The translations under genes were made by a program, and so were the position numbers. Below the pieces are notes generated by a model. It saw only the letters and a list, made by a program, of their open reading frames with translations, had not been told where the DNA came from and did no database searches. A stretch of 64,000 nucleotides of DNA from an uncultured Chloroflexia bacterium (GTDB lineage Bacteria; Chloroflexota; Dehalococcoidia; DSTF01; JALHUB01). Numbering within the stretch: the first letter of the stretch is position 1; each line of letters opens with the position of its first letter. Of the stretch, positions 1-9,399 are shown piece by piece. Where the stretch lies: NCBI GenBank assembly GCA_963842845.1, contig CAWJHZ010000007.1, positions 139,281 through 203,280 on the forward strand, in the 5' to 3' direction.

Positions 1-45
1 GGTCGCAAAGATTAGAATGTAAGGAGTCTTTCGGTCGGGCCGGAC

Positions 46-1413
46 ATGAGGGGGATAGGGATGACATTGGAGGGCGGGCCTGAGGGCACGAGCAGCAACG
101 CGGATAGCGTCGCGAAGCTGTTCGACCTGCATTTCGATCGCGTATACGATTTCTGTCTGCGAACGCTGGGGATGCCGGAAGCGGCGCTGGAATCGGCGGA
201 GGAGGCGTTCCGAAAGGCGCTGACACCTTCCGCGCCGGCGCTGGCGACCGCCACGTTTGACGTACGACTATTCTCCGCCGCCCTGGATGCGATGGAGCCG
301 CGCCTGAGCCTGCGCCATCCGGGCTCGATTGGAAGCAACCCGCTGTTCCATCAGGTGGACGTTGACCGTCTGGGCGACACCACACGGGCGGCCTCGGCGC
401 AGGAGACGGCGGCAGTCATCTGGGAAACGGCGTCGCGGCTGGACCCCGCGGACAGCGTGCTGCTCGACCTCCACTACCGGCAGAACTTCGCCGAAGCGGA
501 CCTGGCGACGATCTTGAGCACGACCGAGAGCGCCATCAGGTCCAGGCTGTCGAAGCTGGTAAAGAAGATCGAGCCGGAGCTGTCGGCGCTTATCGTCGGC
601 AGGCGCGGCAGTCGCAACTGCGACGGGATGCGGCGCGCGATGCTGGGGCTGCCGATTGCGGCGACGCGCGGCCAGGTGAAGAAGGTCGTTGATAAGCACG
701 CGCGCTCCTGCCCGCTGTGCACGGCGACGCGGATGGGAATGGCATCGCCGCTGGCGGTGCTGGCCGCGTTCTCCATCGTCGCGCCTTCGGCCGGTGAAAG
801 CGACGCGGTGAAGGAACGGCTGATGGCGGCCGCGGCATCGCTGCCCGCGGTGGCGCTGCCGGTCGCGGCGCCGACGCCCAAGCGAACGCCTGTTGCGCCG
901 CCACCACCACCATCGCCGATCGTGATGGGCGGGGCGGCAGGAGGAGGCGGGCCGCCGGGGATATTGGTCGGCCTGGCGTCGCTGTGGCGTAATCTCTTCG
1001 GCGGTTTGAATGTCTCCGGCAACAAAGCACTGCCGATTATGGGCGGGGTGTTCGTGATCCTGGTGGCAATCGGCATAGCCTTCGGCACGGGTGTGCTGGG
1101 CGGCGGAGGCGGCAGCGCAGCGCCGACTCGCACGCCAACGGCGACGAGGACGGTCACTTCGACGCCTTCTCCGAAAGTGACTTCGACGCCGACGGAGGAG
1201 GCAACGGAAACGCCGGAAGAGGCTACGGCGACGGTCGCGCCGACGGCAACACCACCCACGGCGACGCCGTCACACGCCGCAACCGCGACGCCGAAGCCGA
1301 CGGCAACGCCACGGACGCCGACTGCAACGGCGGAGGCGACGGAGACGCCGACAGAGGCTCCCACGCACACGCCGCTTCCAACGAAGACGCCCACGCCAAA
1401 TTCGACGCCCTAG
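46..1413 (+). CDS. Fused ECF sigma factor / anti-sigma factor (zf-HC2-like Cys/His motif, one TM helix) with a Pro/Thr-rich extracytoplasmic tail
   Basis: The N-terminus has sigma-70 region-2-like (DLHFDRVYDFCLRTLG) and region-4 HTH-like (DLATILSTTESAIRSRLSKLVKK) segments. These are followed by an H-x3-C-x2-C motif (HARSCPLC), a hydrophobic TM segment (GGVFVILVAIGIAFG) and about 120 aa of PT/TPT low-complexity tail. Confidence 0.6.
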   Translation: MRGIGMTLEGGPEGTSSNADSVAKLFDLHFDRVYDFCLRTLGMPEAALESAEEAFRKALTPSAPALATATFDVRLFSAALDAMEPRLSLRHPGSIGSNPLFHQVDVDRLGDTTRAASAQETAAVIWETASRLDPADSVLLDLHYRQNFAEADLATILSTTESAIRSRLSKLVKKIEPELSALIVGRRGSRNCDGMRRAMLGLPIAATRGQVKKVVDKHARSCPLCTATRMGMASPLAVLAAFSIVAPSAGESDAVKERLMAAAASLPAVALPVAAPTPKRTPVAPPPPPSPIVMGGAAGGGGPPGILVGLASLWRNLFGGLNVSGNKALPIMGGVFVILVAIGIAFGTGVLGGGGGSAAPTRTPTATRTVTSTPSPKVTSTPTEEATETPEEATATVAPTATPPTATPSHAATATPKPTATPRTPTATAEATETPTEAPTHTPLPTKTPTPNSTP

Positions 1414-1761
1414 AGCCATCGCTGAGGGGTTTTCAGCTCTCCACGTTGAACTGCAGCCTCTGTTAATGCTGCGCTGGTTGGGGCCGTTCGGCAACCCGAA
1501 CGGCCCCAGAGACCACGCCGCTATCTCGAATGAAGCCTCATGATACGTCGACCTTCCATGTCGTCTTCGCAACGGCAGTGAGAGGAGCGCTGATGGCGTT
1601 TCGGCCTGCCTGCCGGTAGGCAGGTTGCGCTCCTTGCCCGTCCGGGCTCATCCACCTAACGGCGGACTCGTCGCGCCGAGTTCGGGCGACTCACCTCGAC
1701 GAACCCGACCGTGTGTCCCCCTCCTGACCCCCAACCCGTAGCGTGTTATACTCGTTTAGGC

Positions 1762-3633
1762 ATGTATGTAATTGGCACCGCCGGGCACGTCGACCACGGC
1801 AAATCGGTCCTCGTCAGAGCCCTCACCGGCATCGACCCCGACCGCCTCCAGGAGGAGAAAGACCGAGGGATGACCATCGACCTCGGCTTCGCCTGGTTGA
1901 CCCTGCCCAGCGGCCGCGACGTCAGCATCGTCGACGTGCCGGGGCATGAGCGCTTCATCAGGAATATGCTGGCCGGCGTCGGCGGAATCGACCTCGCCCT
2001 GCTGGTCATCGCCGCGGACGAAGGCGTCATGCCTCAGACGCGCGAGCACCTGGCGATCCTCGACCTCCTGCAACTGAAGGGCGGGATCATCGTCATGACC
2101 AAGAAGGACCTGGTTGACGGCGATTGGCTCGACATCGTAGCGGAGGACGTGCGGGAGGCGGTCAAGGGCAGCGTGCTCGAAGGGGCGCCGCTGGTCGCCT
2201 GCTCCGCCATCACGCGCGAAGGGCTCGACAGCCTCGTTGCCGTTATCGATCAGAAGCTCGAGGAGACGCCGCCTAAGCGGGACATCGGCCGACCGCGCCT
2301 GCCTATCGACCGCGCCTTCACCATTGCCGGCTTCGGCACGGTGGTGACAGGAACGCTGATCGGCGGCAGCTTCAGCGTTGGGCAGGAAGTGACGGTCGTG
2401 CCGGGCGGGTTGCGCGCACGCATCCGCGGCCTCCAATCGCATCGGCAGAAAGTGGAGCGCGCGTCGCCGGGGACGCGGACGGCGATAAACCTGTCCGGCG
2501 TACCGGCGGACGAGCTGCGGCGCGGTCAGGTGATTGCGCCGCCCGACACTCTGCTGGCTACCACGGCAGTCGACGTGCGATTGCGCGCTATCCGGGCGTT
2601 GCGTCGCCCAATACGCCATAACGTCCGCCTTTCCTTCCACAGCGGCGCCAGCGAGGTCTGGGGCAAGCTGCGCCTGCTCGACGGGGATGAGCTCGGGCCC
2701 GGCGAAGAAGGCTGGGCGCAGATATGTCTCGACGAGCCGGTGGCAGTACTGGCCGGCGATCTCTTCGTCGTGAGGGATGCTAACGACACGCTGGGCGGCG
2801 GCCAGGTAGTCGAGGCGCAGGGACGGCGGCACCGTCGCCACGACGTCCGCACACTCGACGCGCTTTCGTCGCTCCAAGCGGGTTCGCCCGAGAAACGGCT
2901 CGTCACAATCGTCGAACAGCGGCAGCCGCTTGAGCAGGAGGCGCTCCTCAAGCAACTCGGCCTGCCGGAGGAGGAGGCACTGAAGCTGCTGGCGCGGCTG
3001 GTCGAATCGGGGGAAGTAGTGGCGCTTGGAGGCGGGCCGGTGGGTGACGGCGCGGCGCTGCTCACCAGAGAAGCGTTCGCGACGCTGGCTACGAAGGCCG
3101 ACCTATCGATATCACATTATTACAAGGACCACCCGCTGCGTCTGACGATGCCGAAGGAAGAGCTGCGGAGTCGCCTCGGGCTGCAATCGCGGGTGTTCAA
3201 CGCAGCGGTGAAGCGTTGGCAAGAGGCCGGTCGGCTGACGGAGGCAAGGGCCGGCATGGGTCTGCCCGGGCACGAAGTTCAACTTTCGGCCGCGCAGCAG
3301 GCGAAGTCGGAGGCGTTCCTTCGCGACCTCCAGACGAACCCCTTCGGACCGAAATCGGACAACTGGCCAGATGAGGAGCTCCTGGCGTACCTGGTCGAAA
3401 AGCGGCAGGTCGTGGCGCTGGCGGAAGGCGTGGCCTTTTCGATGGCGGCTTACCGGGAGATGGTGGAGCGCGTCGTAACGCACCTGCGGCAGCACGGCAA
3501 GCTGACGCTGGCGGAGGCGCGCGACATGTTCGCAACGAGCCGCAAGTACGTGCAGGCGCTGCTCGAGCACCTCGACGCTGAGAAGGTGACGCAGCGCGTA
3601 GGCGAAGAGCGCGTTCTGCGACCGGGACGGTAA
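1762..3633 (+). CDS. selB: Selenocysteine-specific elongation factor SelB
   Basis: The N-terminus [23 protein letters not shown]...[10 protein letters not shown]...[46 protein letters not shown] matches the SelB GTPase domain, and C-terminal winged-helix-like repeats follow. The 1711 ATG in the ORF track would add an atypical 17-aa extension, so I place the start at ATG 1762. Confidence 0.85.
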   Translation: MYVIGTAGHVDHGKSVLVRALTGIDPDRLQEEKDRGMTIDLGFAWLTLPSGRDVSIVDVPGHERFIRNMLAGVGGIDLALLVIAADEGVMPQTREHLAILDLLQLKGGIIVMTKKDLVDGDWLDIVAEDVREAVKGSVLEGAPLVACSAITREGLDSLVAVIDQKLEETPPKRDIGRPRLPIDRAFTIAGFGTVVTGTLIGGSFSVGQEVTVVPGGLRARIRGLQSHRQKVERASPGTRTAINLSGVPADELRRGQVIAPPDTLLATTAVDVRLRAIRALRRPIRHNVRLSFHSGASEVWGKLRLLDGDELGPGEEGWAQICLDEPVAVLAGDLFVVRDANDTLGGGQVVEAQGRRHRRHDVRTLDALSSLQAGSPEKRLVTIVEQRQPLEQEALLKQLGLPEEEALKLLARLVESGEVVALGGGPVGDGAALLTREAFATLATKADLSISHYYKDHPLRLTMPKEELRSRLGLQSRVFNAAVKRWQEAGRLTEARAGMGLPGHEVQLSAAQQAKSEAFLRDLQTNPFGPKSDNWPDEELLAYLVEKRQVVALAEGVAFSMAAYREMVERVVTHLRQHGKLTLAEARDMFATSRKYVQALLEHLDAEKVTQRVGEERVLRPGR

Positions 3634-3682
3634 CAGATGCGGGGATAGCGCGTTGCAAAGATTGGGGCGAAACTAGAATAGA

Positions 3683-4171
3683 ATGACTGAACTTAGAGTG
3701 CCGACCAGCCCCAGCGAGGCCGTGCTTTTCGTACGAACGCTGTACGGCAACCGGATCGTGCGCTTTGCGGCAGTAGGCGGCAGTTGCGGTGTGGTCCAGC
3801 TTTCGGTGCTGCACCTGCTGGTCGCCGGGTTCTCCGCCGAGGAGCACCTGGCGAACTTCATCGCCTTCATCATCTCGATGGAGTTGAACTTCACCTTCAA
3901 CCAGCTTTTCACCTGGCGCGACCGCTGGTCGAGCGAACTGACGCCGCACCGGTTCATTGCGCGTCTGCTGATGTTCAACGCCGGAGCGTCGGTGACGGGA
4001 ATGCCGCTCAACCAGGGCATCGCAGCGCTGATGGGCCTCTTCATGTGGTACCTGCCGGCGGCAGCCATCGGCATCTGCGTTGCGGCCAGCGCCAACTTCA
4101 TCCTTAACGACCGGCTTGTGTTCCGCCTCTGGAGTTCCGGCGGCGCGTCCGCTACAATAAGCGAACCATAG
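3683..4171 (+). CDS. GtrA-family membrane protein (polysaccharide synthesis/flippase-associated)
   Basis: A small 4-TM protein with GtrA-like motifs (RFAAVGGSCGVVQLSVLHLLV ... FTFNQLFTWRDR). It sits directly upstream of a GT-C glycosyltransferase. Confidence 0.7.
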   Translation: MTELRVPTSPSEAVLFVRTLYGNRIVRFAAVGGSCGVVQLSVLHLLVAGFSAEEHLANFIAFIISMELNFTFNQLFTWRDRWSSELTPHRFIARLLMFNAGASVTGMPLNQGIAALMGLFMWYLPAAAIGICVAASANFILNDRLVFRLWSSGGASATISEP

Positions 4172-4274
4172 GTTGCTCGCGTGGCAATGATGCGACCGCG
4201 AGTCTAGCGATTCGAACGTGGTAGGTAGGGCGGCGGGGGCTTCAGAGCTTGTCCTTCCTCCATAAAGATTTGCC

Positions 4275-6359
4275 ATGCCGATGACACACAAGGGGCAAAT
4301 GGAGAGCGCCGACTCCGACGGGGTCGGCGCATCGCTCGCGGAAACGGAGCGACCGGCGCGCTGGAAGAAGGCCATCCTTCTCGCTGCTCTTACGGCGACC
4401 AACTTCGCGGCGCTCTGGTACGGGTTCAATCAAGGCATCGCCAGGACTCCCGCGCTGACTGCTCGCGACGGATTCCTTTGGGTCGTGCCGACCATCTTCG
4501 CAGTCTCCACCGTGTTCGCCCTGACCGCGCCCTGGGCCGCCAAAAGAACAAGGCTTTGGGTCCGACCGATCCGCCTGATCGGCGAGATTCCCGTCATCTG
4601 GTATCCGTTGGCAAGCGCCTGCCTCACATCGTTCGTTGTCGGTCAGGTCGCCAACAGCAATCCCCCGCCTCATAACTTCTGGCCCCTTTTCGCCTTGTGG
4701 TTGATCGCTGTTGGGGCAGTCTTGGCTTGCGTGACTCCCGGGGTCAACCTGTCTGAGCTGCGGCCCGCCGCTTTGAAGGCACGCCTGTGGCCGTATCGAT
4801 GGGAGATCGCAGGTGTCGGGGCTCTCACAGTCGCGGCGGCGACGATCCGGGTGGTCATTCTCACGCATTTGCCGCTGCCTTTCGAGCAGGACGAGGCGGC
4901 CATGGCCCACGAATCGCTCTACGTCATCCAGGGCGCCACGAAGAACATGTTTATGTCGGGGCTACAGGGCCACCCGACGATGCAGTTCTTTGCGGAATCG
5001 GTCTTCCTTAGAGTGTTCGGGGTAAACGTATTCGCCATCAGGCTGATCTCCGCAATGGGAGGAACCCTGGGCATACCGTTGTTCTACATCCTGCTGCGGC
5101 AGATGTTCGGTAAGCCTATTGCGATCATTGGCGCAGTATACCTGATGGGATATCACGTCCATCTCGCCTACAGCCGGATCGGGATGGAGAACATCGGCGA
5201 CCCGTTGCTCATGACGGTGACCTTCTATTTTGCCTGGCGAGCAGGCCGATTCGGCAAGAAGAGCGATTTCGTCCTCACCGGTCTGGTGTTGGGGCTCGGC
5301 CTGTACCTGTACCAGGGTTCGCGCGTTGTCCCCTTGATTGTCGCGGCCTTCTTCGGCTACTGCGTCCTCCGAAGGCCGTCATCTCTGCGTGTGATGGTGC
5401 CGGGTGCCGCAATGTTGGCGCTGGCCTACGGCGCAGCGGCCTTCCCCCTGGCGATCTTCTGGTACACACACCATGCGGAGTTCATGGATCGCATCAACAC
5501 AGTCGGAATATTCCAGTCAGGCTGGGTGGACCAGCAGACAGCGGCCGGCCGCAGCTTGTTCTCCATATTGTGGCAGCAGACCTCCACCTCACTCAAAGGT
5601 TTCGTTCTCACCTCGGATAACGGTGTCTTCTACCGGGCGCCGATTCCTTACGTGGAACGCTTGAGCGTCGTTCCGTTCCTGTTAGGCCTAGCCTATGCCA
5701 TCTTTCACCTGCTTGACGACCGCTTCTTCTTGCTGCTGACCGGCTTCTGCGCGGTCATATTGACGGGCGGTGTTCTGACCATGGACCCGCCGCAGGCGTC
5801 GAGGCTCATCGGTACCGCGCCGATCGTCGTAGCATTTACGGCCATTGGCATCAAGCTGATAGCGGACTACGCCTCTCGGTGGAAACCCAGTGCCAGCTCC
5901 CTCGTCGCAGGTGTCGCCGTCGCGGCACTTGTGACCACGAACATCCATTTCTACTTCTTCCAGTACAAAGACGGCGGTTATTCTAGCGACATGCACAATC
6001 GTATCGCCGCTCAGGTCGTTAGCTACGTACGAACGCTTCCTGAAGATACGCGGCTCTTCTGGTACGGCGATCCTCAGATGTATCTCAGCGGCAACGGTCA
6101 CCCGGCGATGACGTTTCTCCTGCGAGACCGGCCACGGTTGGATGTTCTTCTGGACGGCACGGTGAAATCTGACCCGCCAGTGGACCTCACGGGCGACGCC
6201 CCAGCGGCCTTCATGTTCATGTCGCAGCGCCTCGCAGAGATGCAGCCGCTAATCGACTCCTGCCCGGGCGGAGACCTTGTGACTTACACTCTGCCCGCAG
6301 GAAGATATGGGCTTAGCGGCATTCAGACGACAGGCTCAGATCAGCTTCATAGCCTATGA
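4275..6359 (+). CDS. GT-C fold glycosyltransferase (ArnT/PMT-2 / family 39-like polytopic membrane protein)
   Basis: A 694-aa protein with many predicted TM helices. There is a DE motif in the first extracytoplasmic loop (FEQDEAAMAHESLY) and a YxLLRQMFG segment typical of the ArnT/PMT family. It is paired with the gtrA-like gene. Confidence 0.65.
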   Translation: MPMTHKGQMESADSDGVGASLAETERPARWKKAILLAALTATNFAALWYGFNQGIARTPALTARDGFLWVVPTIFAVSTVFALTAPWAAKRTRLWVRPIRLIGEIPVIWYPLASACLTSFVVGQVANSNPPPHNFWPLFALWLIAVGAVLACVTPGVNLSELRPAALKARLWPYRWEIAGVGALTVAAATIRVVILTHLPLPFEQDEAAMAHESLYVIQGATKNMFMSGLQGHPTMQFFAESVFLRVFGVNVFAIRLISAMGGTLGIPLFYILLRQMFGKPIAIIGAVYLMGYHVHLAYSRIGMENIGDPLLMTVTFYFAWRAGRFGKKSDFVLTGLVLGLGLYLYQGSRVVPLIVAAFFGYCVLRRPSSLRVMVPGAAMLALAYGAAAFPLAIFWYTHHAEFMDRINTVGIFQSGWVDQQTAAGRSLFSILWQQTSTSLKGFVLTSDNGVFYRAPIPYVERLSVVPFLLGLAYAIFHLLDDRFFLLLTGFCAVILTGGVLTMDPPQASRLIGTAPIVVAFTAIGIKLIADYASRWKPSASSLVAGVAVAALVTTNIHFYFFQYKDGGYSSDMHNRIAAQVVSYVRTLPEDTRLFWYGDPQMYLSGNGHPAMTFLLRDRPRLDVLLDGTVKSDPPVDLTGDAPAAFMFMSQRLAEMQPLIDSCPGGDLVTYTLPAGRYGLSGIQTTGSDQLHSL

Positions 6360-6410
6360 GGTTCTTTCCCCGAACATCTGCCTGCCGCTGACCGTTCACA
6401 CCCGCTTCCC

Positions 6411-6645
6411 TATCCCTGTTCGATGATAGGACGCGTGCGCTTTGGGAAGGCGCGGCACCAAACCAGCGAATAGCTGGCCGGGGCGTAATACCTCCGCTGT
6501 CTCTCCGGGCGGTAGGGGACGGAGTCTTATCCCTGTTCGATGATAGGACGCGTGCGCTTTGGGAAGGCGCGGCACCAAACCAGCGAATAGCTGGCAGAAG
6601 CGCAGTACGTCTGGTGTCTCTCCGGGCCGTAGGGAAACGGAGTCT
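6411..6645. repeat. Two tandem degenerate copies (about 117 bp, roughly 85% identical) of a unit derived from the 3' end of secF, immediately downstream of the secF stop
   Basis: The string TATCCCTGTTCGATGAYAGG... starts at 6411, at 6528, and again at 6646 inside the secF C-terminal codons. Each copy carries a CCAGC-TATTC-GCTGG hairpin followed by UUUGG on the minus strand. Confidence 0.8.
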
Positions 6646-7673
6646 TATCCCTGTTCGATGACAGGCCGCCGCGTGCGCTTGGGGAAGACGCGGCGGAAGA
6701 GGCGCGGGATGTCGCCTTCTTCCCACGTTACCAGGATCTGGCTGGCGACAAAGATCGAACTGTACGTTCCGGTTATCGTGCCGATGAGCATCACCACGAG
6801 GAACGGCCGGATCGTCACGCCGCCGATGAGTAGGAGCGCTACAACGGCCATGATGACGGTGAACGACGTGTTCAGGGAGCGTCCGATCGTCTGAAGGATG
6901 CTGTTGTTCACGCACTCGTGCAGCGGCAGGTCAGGGTAGCGCGTGCGGTTCTCGCGGATGCGGTCGAGCACAACGATAGTGTCGTGGACGCTGAATCCAA
7001 TTACGGTGAGAAGGCCGGTAATGAACATGGTGTTCACCTCCATGTTGAAGACCTTCCCGAAAATGGAGTAGGCGCCCATCACGAGAATGACGTCGTGGCC
7101 GGTGGCGACTGTCGCAGCGATTCCGCAGCGGAACGGGTTGGGAATGGAGCGGAACGCGAAGCTTATGTAAAGAAGTATGGCAATGGAAGCCGCGATGACG
7201 GCAATGGCCGCGTTCCTGCCGATCTCACGCGAAACGGTGCCGGAGACGGCGGACGACTGCACGGTCCAGGGAATCGGGTTGCCCTGGCTGTCTTTCGCCA
7301 AGCTGCCGTCGTCTTTGAGCATCGGCCCGAACTTGTTGAAGAGCGCCTGCGTTATCGATTGCTGCTCGCCGATGGGCTGCGGCGCGCCTTCGGGAGCCTG
7401 CGTTGCTGAGCCCTGAAGCTCCGACGTTCTCACTAGATAGCGGTTGACGCCTGTCGACTGCACCTTCGCCTCAGGATGGCCAAGGGTGGTCATCTCGGCC
7501 CGCATTTCCGATTCCTGGACGGTGTTCTGGAAGCTGACTTCGAACATGCTGCCGCTGGTGAACTCGATGCCCGGCTTCAGCCCCGGCGGGATGATAAGAG
7601 AGATGATGCCCGGCAAGAGCACCAGAGCCGACAGCAGATAGTACCAGTTGCGCCGGCGAACGAAGTCGAACAT
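6645..7673 (-). CDS. secF: Protein translocase subunit SecF
   Basis: A 342-aa polytopic membrane protein with SecF-family similarity. It overlaps the secD stop by 1 nt, the classic secDF arrangement. Confidence 0.9.
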   Translation of the reverse strand: MFDFVRRRNWYYLLSALVLLPGIISLIIPPGLKPGIEFTSGSMFEVSFQNTVQESEMRAEMTTLGHPEAKVQSTGVNRYLVRTSELQGSATQAPEGAPQPIGEQQSITQALFNKFGPMLKDDGSLAKDSQGNPIPWTVQSSAVSGTVSREIGRNAAIAVIAASIAILLYISFAFRSIPNPFRCGIAATVATGHDVILVMGAYSIFGKVFNMEVNTMFITGLLTVIGFSVHDTIVVLDRIRENRTRYPDLPLHECVNNSILQTIGRSLNTSFTVIMAVVALLLIGGVTIRPFLVVMLIGTITGTYSSIFVASQILVTWEEGDIPRLFRRVFPKRTRRPVIEQG

Positions 7674-9205
7674 CAGGAGCCGCCTCCCGCGGTGGGAACG
7701 CCGGCAGCCTCGCGCGGGCCGCTGTCCTTCTTTCCCGTCTGCGCGACCCAGAGGGCAGCTTTGCGCGATGCGGGAATGCTGATAACGATCCGCAGGAAGG
7801 TCCGCGTGACCAGGATCGCTGAGAACATGCTTATAAGAACACCTATCGCCAGAGTCAGGGCGAAGCCCTTGACCAGGCTGGCGCCGAACTGATCGCCGAA
7901 CCAGAAGAGGATAGCGCAGGTGATGAGCGTCGAGATGTTACTGTCGCGAATGGACGACCAGGCGCGGTTGAAACCTTCCTCCAGTGCGACGACAAGACTA
8001 CGTCCTATACGAACCTCTTCTTTCATGCGCTCGAATATCAGGATATTGGCGTCTACGGCCATACCGATCGAAAGGACAAAGGCGGCGATGCCGGAAAGCG
8101 TTAGAGTGACGGGCCAGAGCTTAAAGACGGCGAGCAGGATTGTCGCGTAGACCGACAGGGCTACCGCCGCCACGAAGCCCGGCAGGCGGTAGTACAGGAT
8201 CATGAAGAGCATGATGACGAGCATGGCGATCTCGCCGGCGATGACGCTCTTCTGGACGGAGTCATGACCGAGCGTGGCGTCGACGTTCTCGCTCTGGACG
8301 ACTTTCAGCGGGACCGGGAAGGCGCCGGCTTTGAGCAGCTTGGCAAGGGTCTGCGCGTCGGTCAGCTTCATGCCAGTGATCTGGCCGTTGCCCTTGATCA
8401 CGGACTGAATCGTCGGTGCGTCAACGTGCCCGCTGGCGTCTTGGATCGGCTTGCCATCGAGGAAGATGCCCATGGGCTCGTGGAGGAGACGGGTGGTGAT
8501 CTGCTCAAAGAGGTGGGCGCCCTCGCTGTTGAACGTGAAGTCGATGACGGGTTGGTTCGCCTGATCGGCGCTGAGGTAGGCGTTCGTAAGGTACTGACCC
8601 GTGAGCGGGACGACCACGCCGTCTTCGGTAGTCGCTGTCGCGGTCACCCAGTCGACACTATCGAGGCTGGGAATCTGGCTTTCCGGAACATACGTATCAG
8701 TGCCATCGGGCTGCACGATGGCGACGTTGCCGTTGGCGTCTCGCTTCATCTCGCGGAATTCCAGGAGGGCGGTCTTGCCAATCTCCTGCATAGCCTGTTC
8801 AGCCGTTAGACCCGGGATCTGGACTGCGATCCTGTTGCCCTGCCGCTGTATCTCGGACTCGGCGACACCGAACGTGTTGATGCGGCGTTCGATGATGTTC
8901 ATGGCGCTGCTGAGCGCGTCGTCGAGGCTGGTGCCAGCCGGCGCATTCGACAGGTCAGGTTCGAGCACGAGGCGCGTGCCGCCCTTGAGGTCGAGGCCGA
9001 GGGTCATAGCGCGACGCTTCAGGTCGACCTTCTGAATCGAGTCGCCGCTGAGCTTGACGAAGGGCATGTCAATCCCCTTGCCTTCAGGCCAGGGGATAGC
9101 GCCGGGCAGGTAGTGCCACGGCTCTGAGGGCCACATAACGATGAGTGAGAAGGCCGCGAGCAGGACGATGAATGCTAGCAGTATTCTATCGGTCGTGCGA
9201 TGCAA
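7673..9205 (-). CDS. secD: Protein translocase subunit SecD
   Basis: A 510-aa protein with an N-terminal TM helix, a large periplasmic domain and a C-terminal 6-TM SSD-like domain. Confidence 0.9.
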   Translation of the reverse strand: MHRTTDRILLAFIVLLAAFSLIVMWPSEPWHYLPGAIPWPEGKGIDMPFVKLSGDSIQKVDLKRRAMTLGLDLKGGTRLVLEPDLSNAPAGTSLDDALSSAMNIIERRINTFGVAESEIQRQGNRIAVQIPGLTAEQAMQEIGKTALLEFREMKRDANGNVAIVQPDGTDTYVPESQIPSLDSVDWVTATATTEDGVVVPLTGQYLTNAYLSADQANQPVIDFTFNSEGAHLFEQITTRLLHEPMGIFLDGKPIQDASGHVDAPTIQSVIKGNGQITGMKLTDAQTLAKLLKAGAFPVPLKVVQSENVDATLGHDSVQKSVIAGEIAMLVIMLFMILYYRLPGFVAAVALSVYATILLAVFKLWPVTLTLSGIAAFVLSIGMAVDANILIFERMKEEVRIGRSLVVALEEGFNRAWSSIRDSNISTLITCAILFWFGDQFGASLVKGFALTLAIGVLISMFSAILVTRTFLRIVISIPASRKAALWVAQTGKKDSGPREAAGVPTAGGGS

Positions 9206-9399
9206 TGCTGTTAGCCGGCTCCCATCTGATTATGAGCGGTTGTCGCGCTCCGATTCGCCCGTCCGTGGGCCCGCTCGATGCCGTCCTTCCCGCACCGTTT
9301 ACAGAACTACGATCACTACTATAGCGTCGCAAAGGCTTACGCGCCAGCCAACTTCCGGCTTTCTTTTGTTTGTAAAAACGCATCTGAAGGCGGTTGGTT

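Noticed and set aside
474-1394. A 306-aa minus-strand ORF antisense to the sigma/anti-sigma gene.
   Set aside because: Low-complexity Gly/Val/Ala translation of the PT-rich region's reverse strand. Typical high-GC antisense artefact.
1140-1400. Tandem DNA repeat in the PT-rich tail of the first ORF.
   Set aside because: Compositional low complexity (ACG/CCG/ACC codons), not a clean periodic repeat.
1480-1507. Perfect 12-bp stem-loop (GGGGCCGTTCGG-CAAC-CCGAACGGCCCC) downstream of the first ORF, as a terminator.
   Set aside because: No U-tract on either strand. It may be an RNA stability hairpin but cannot be called an intrinsic terminator.
1756-2955. A 399-aa minus-strand ORF inside selB.
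   Set aside because: Antisense to a confidently identified conserved gene. No domain signal.
3197-4429. A 410-aa minus-strand ORF spanning the selB end and the gtrA-like gene.
   Set aside because: Arg/Pro/Ala-rich GC-artefact frame overlapping two real genes on the other strand.
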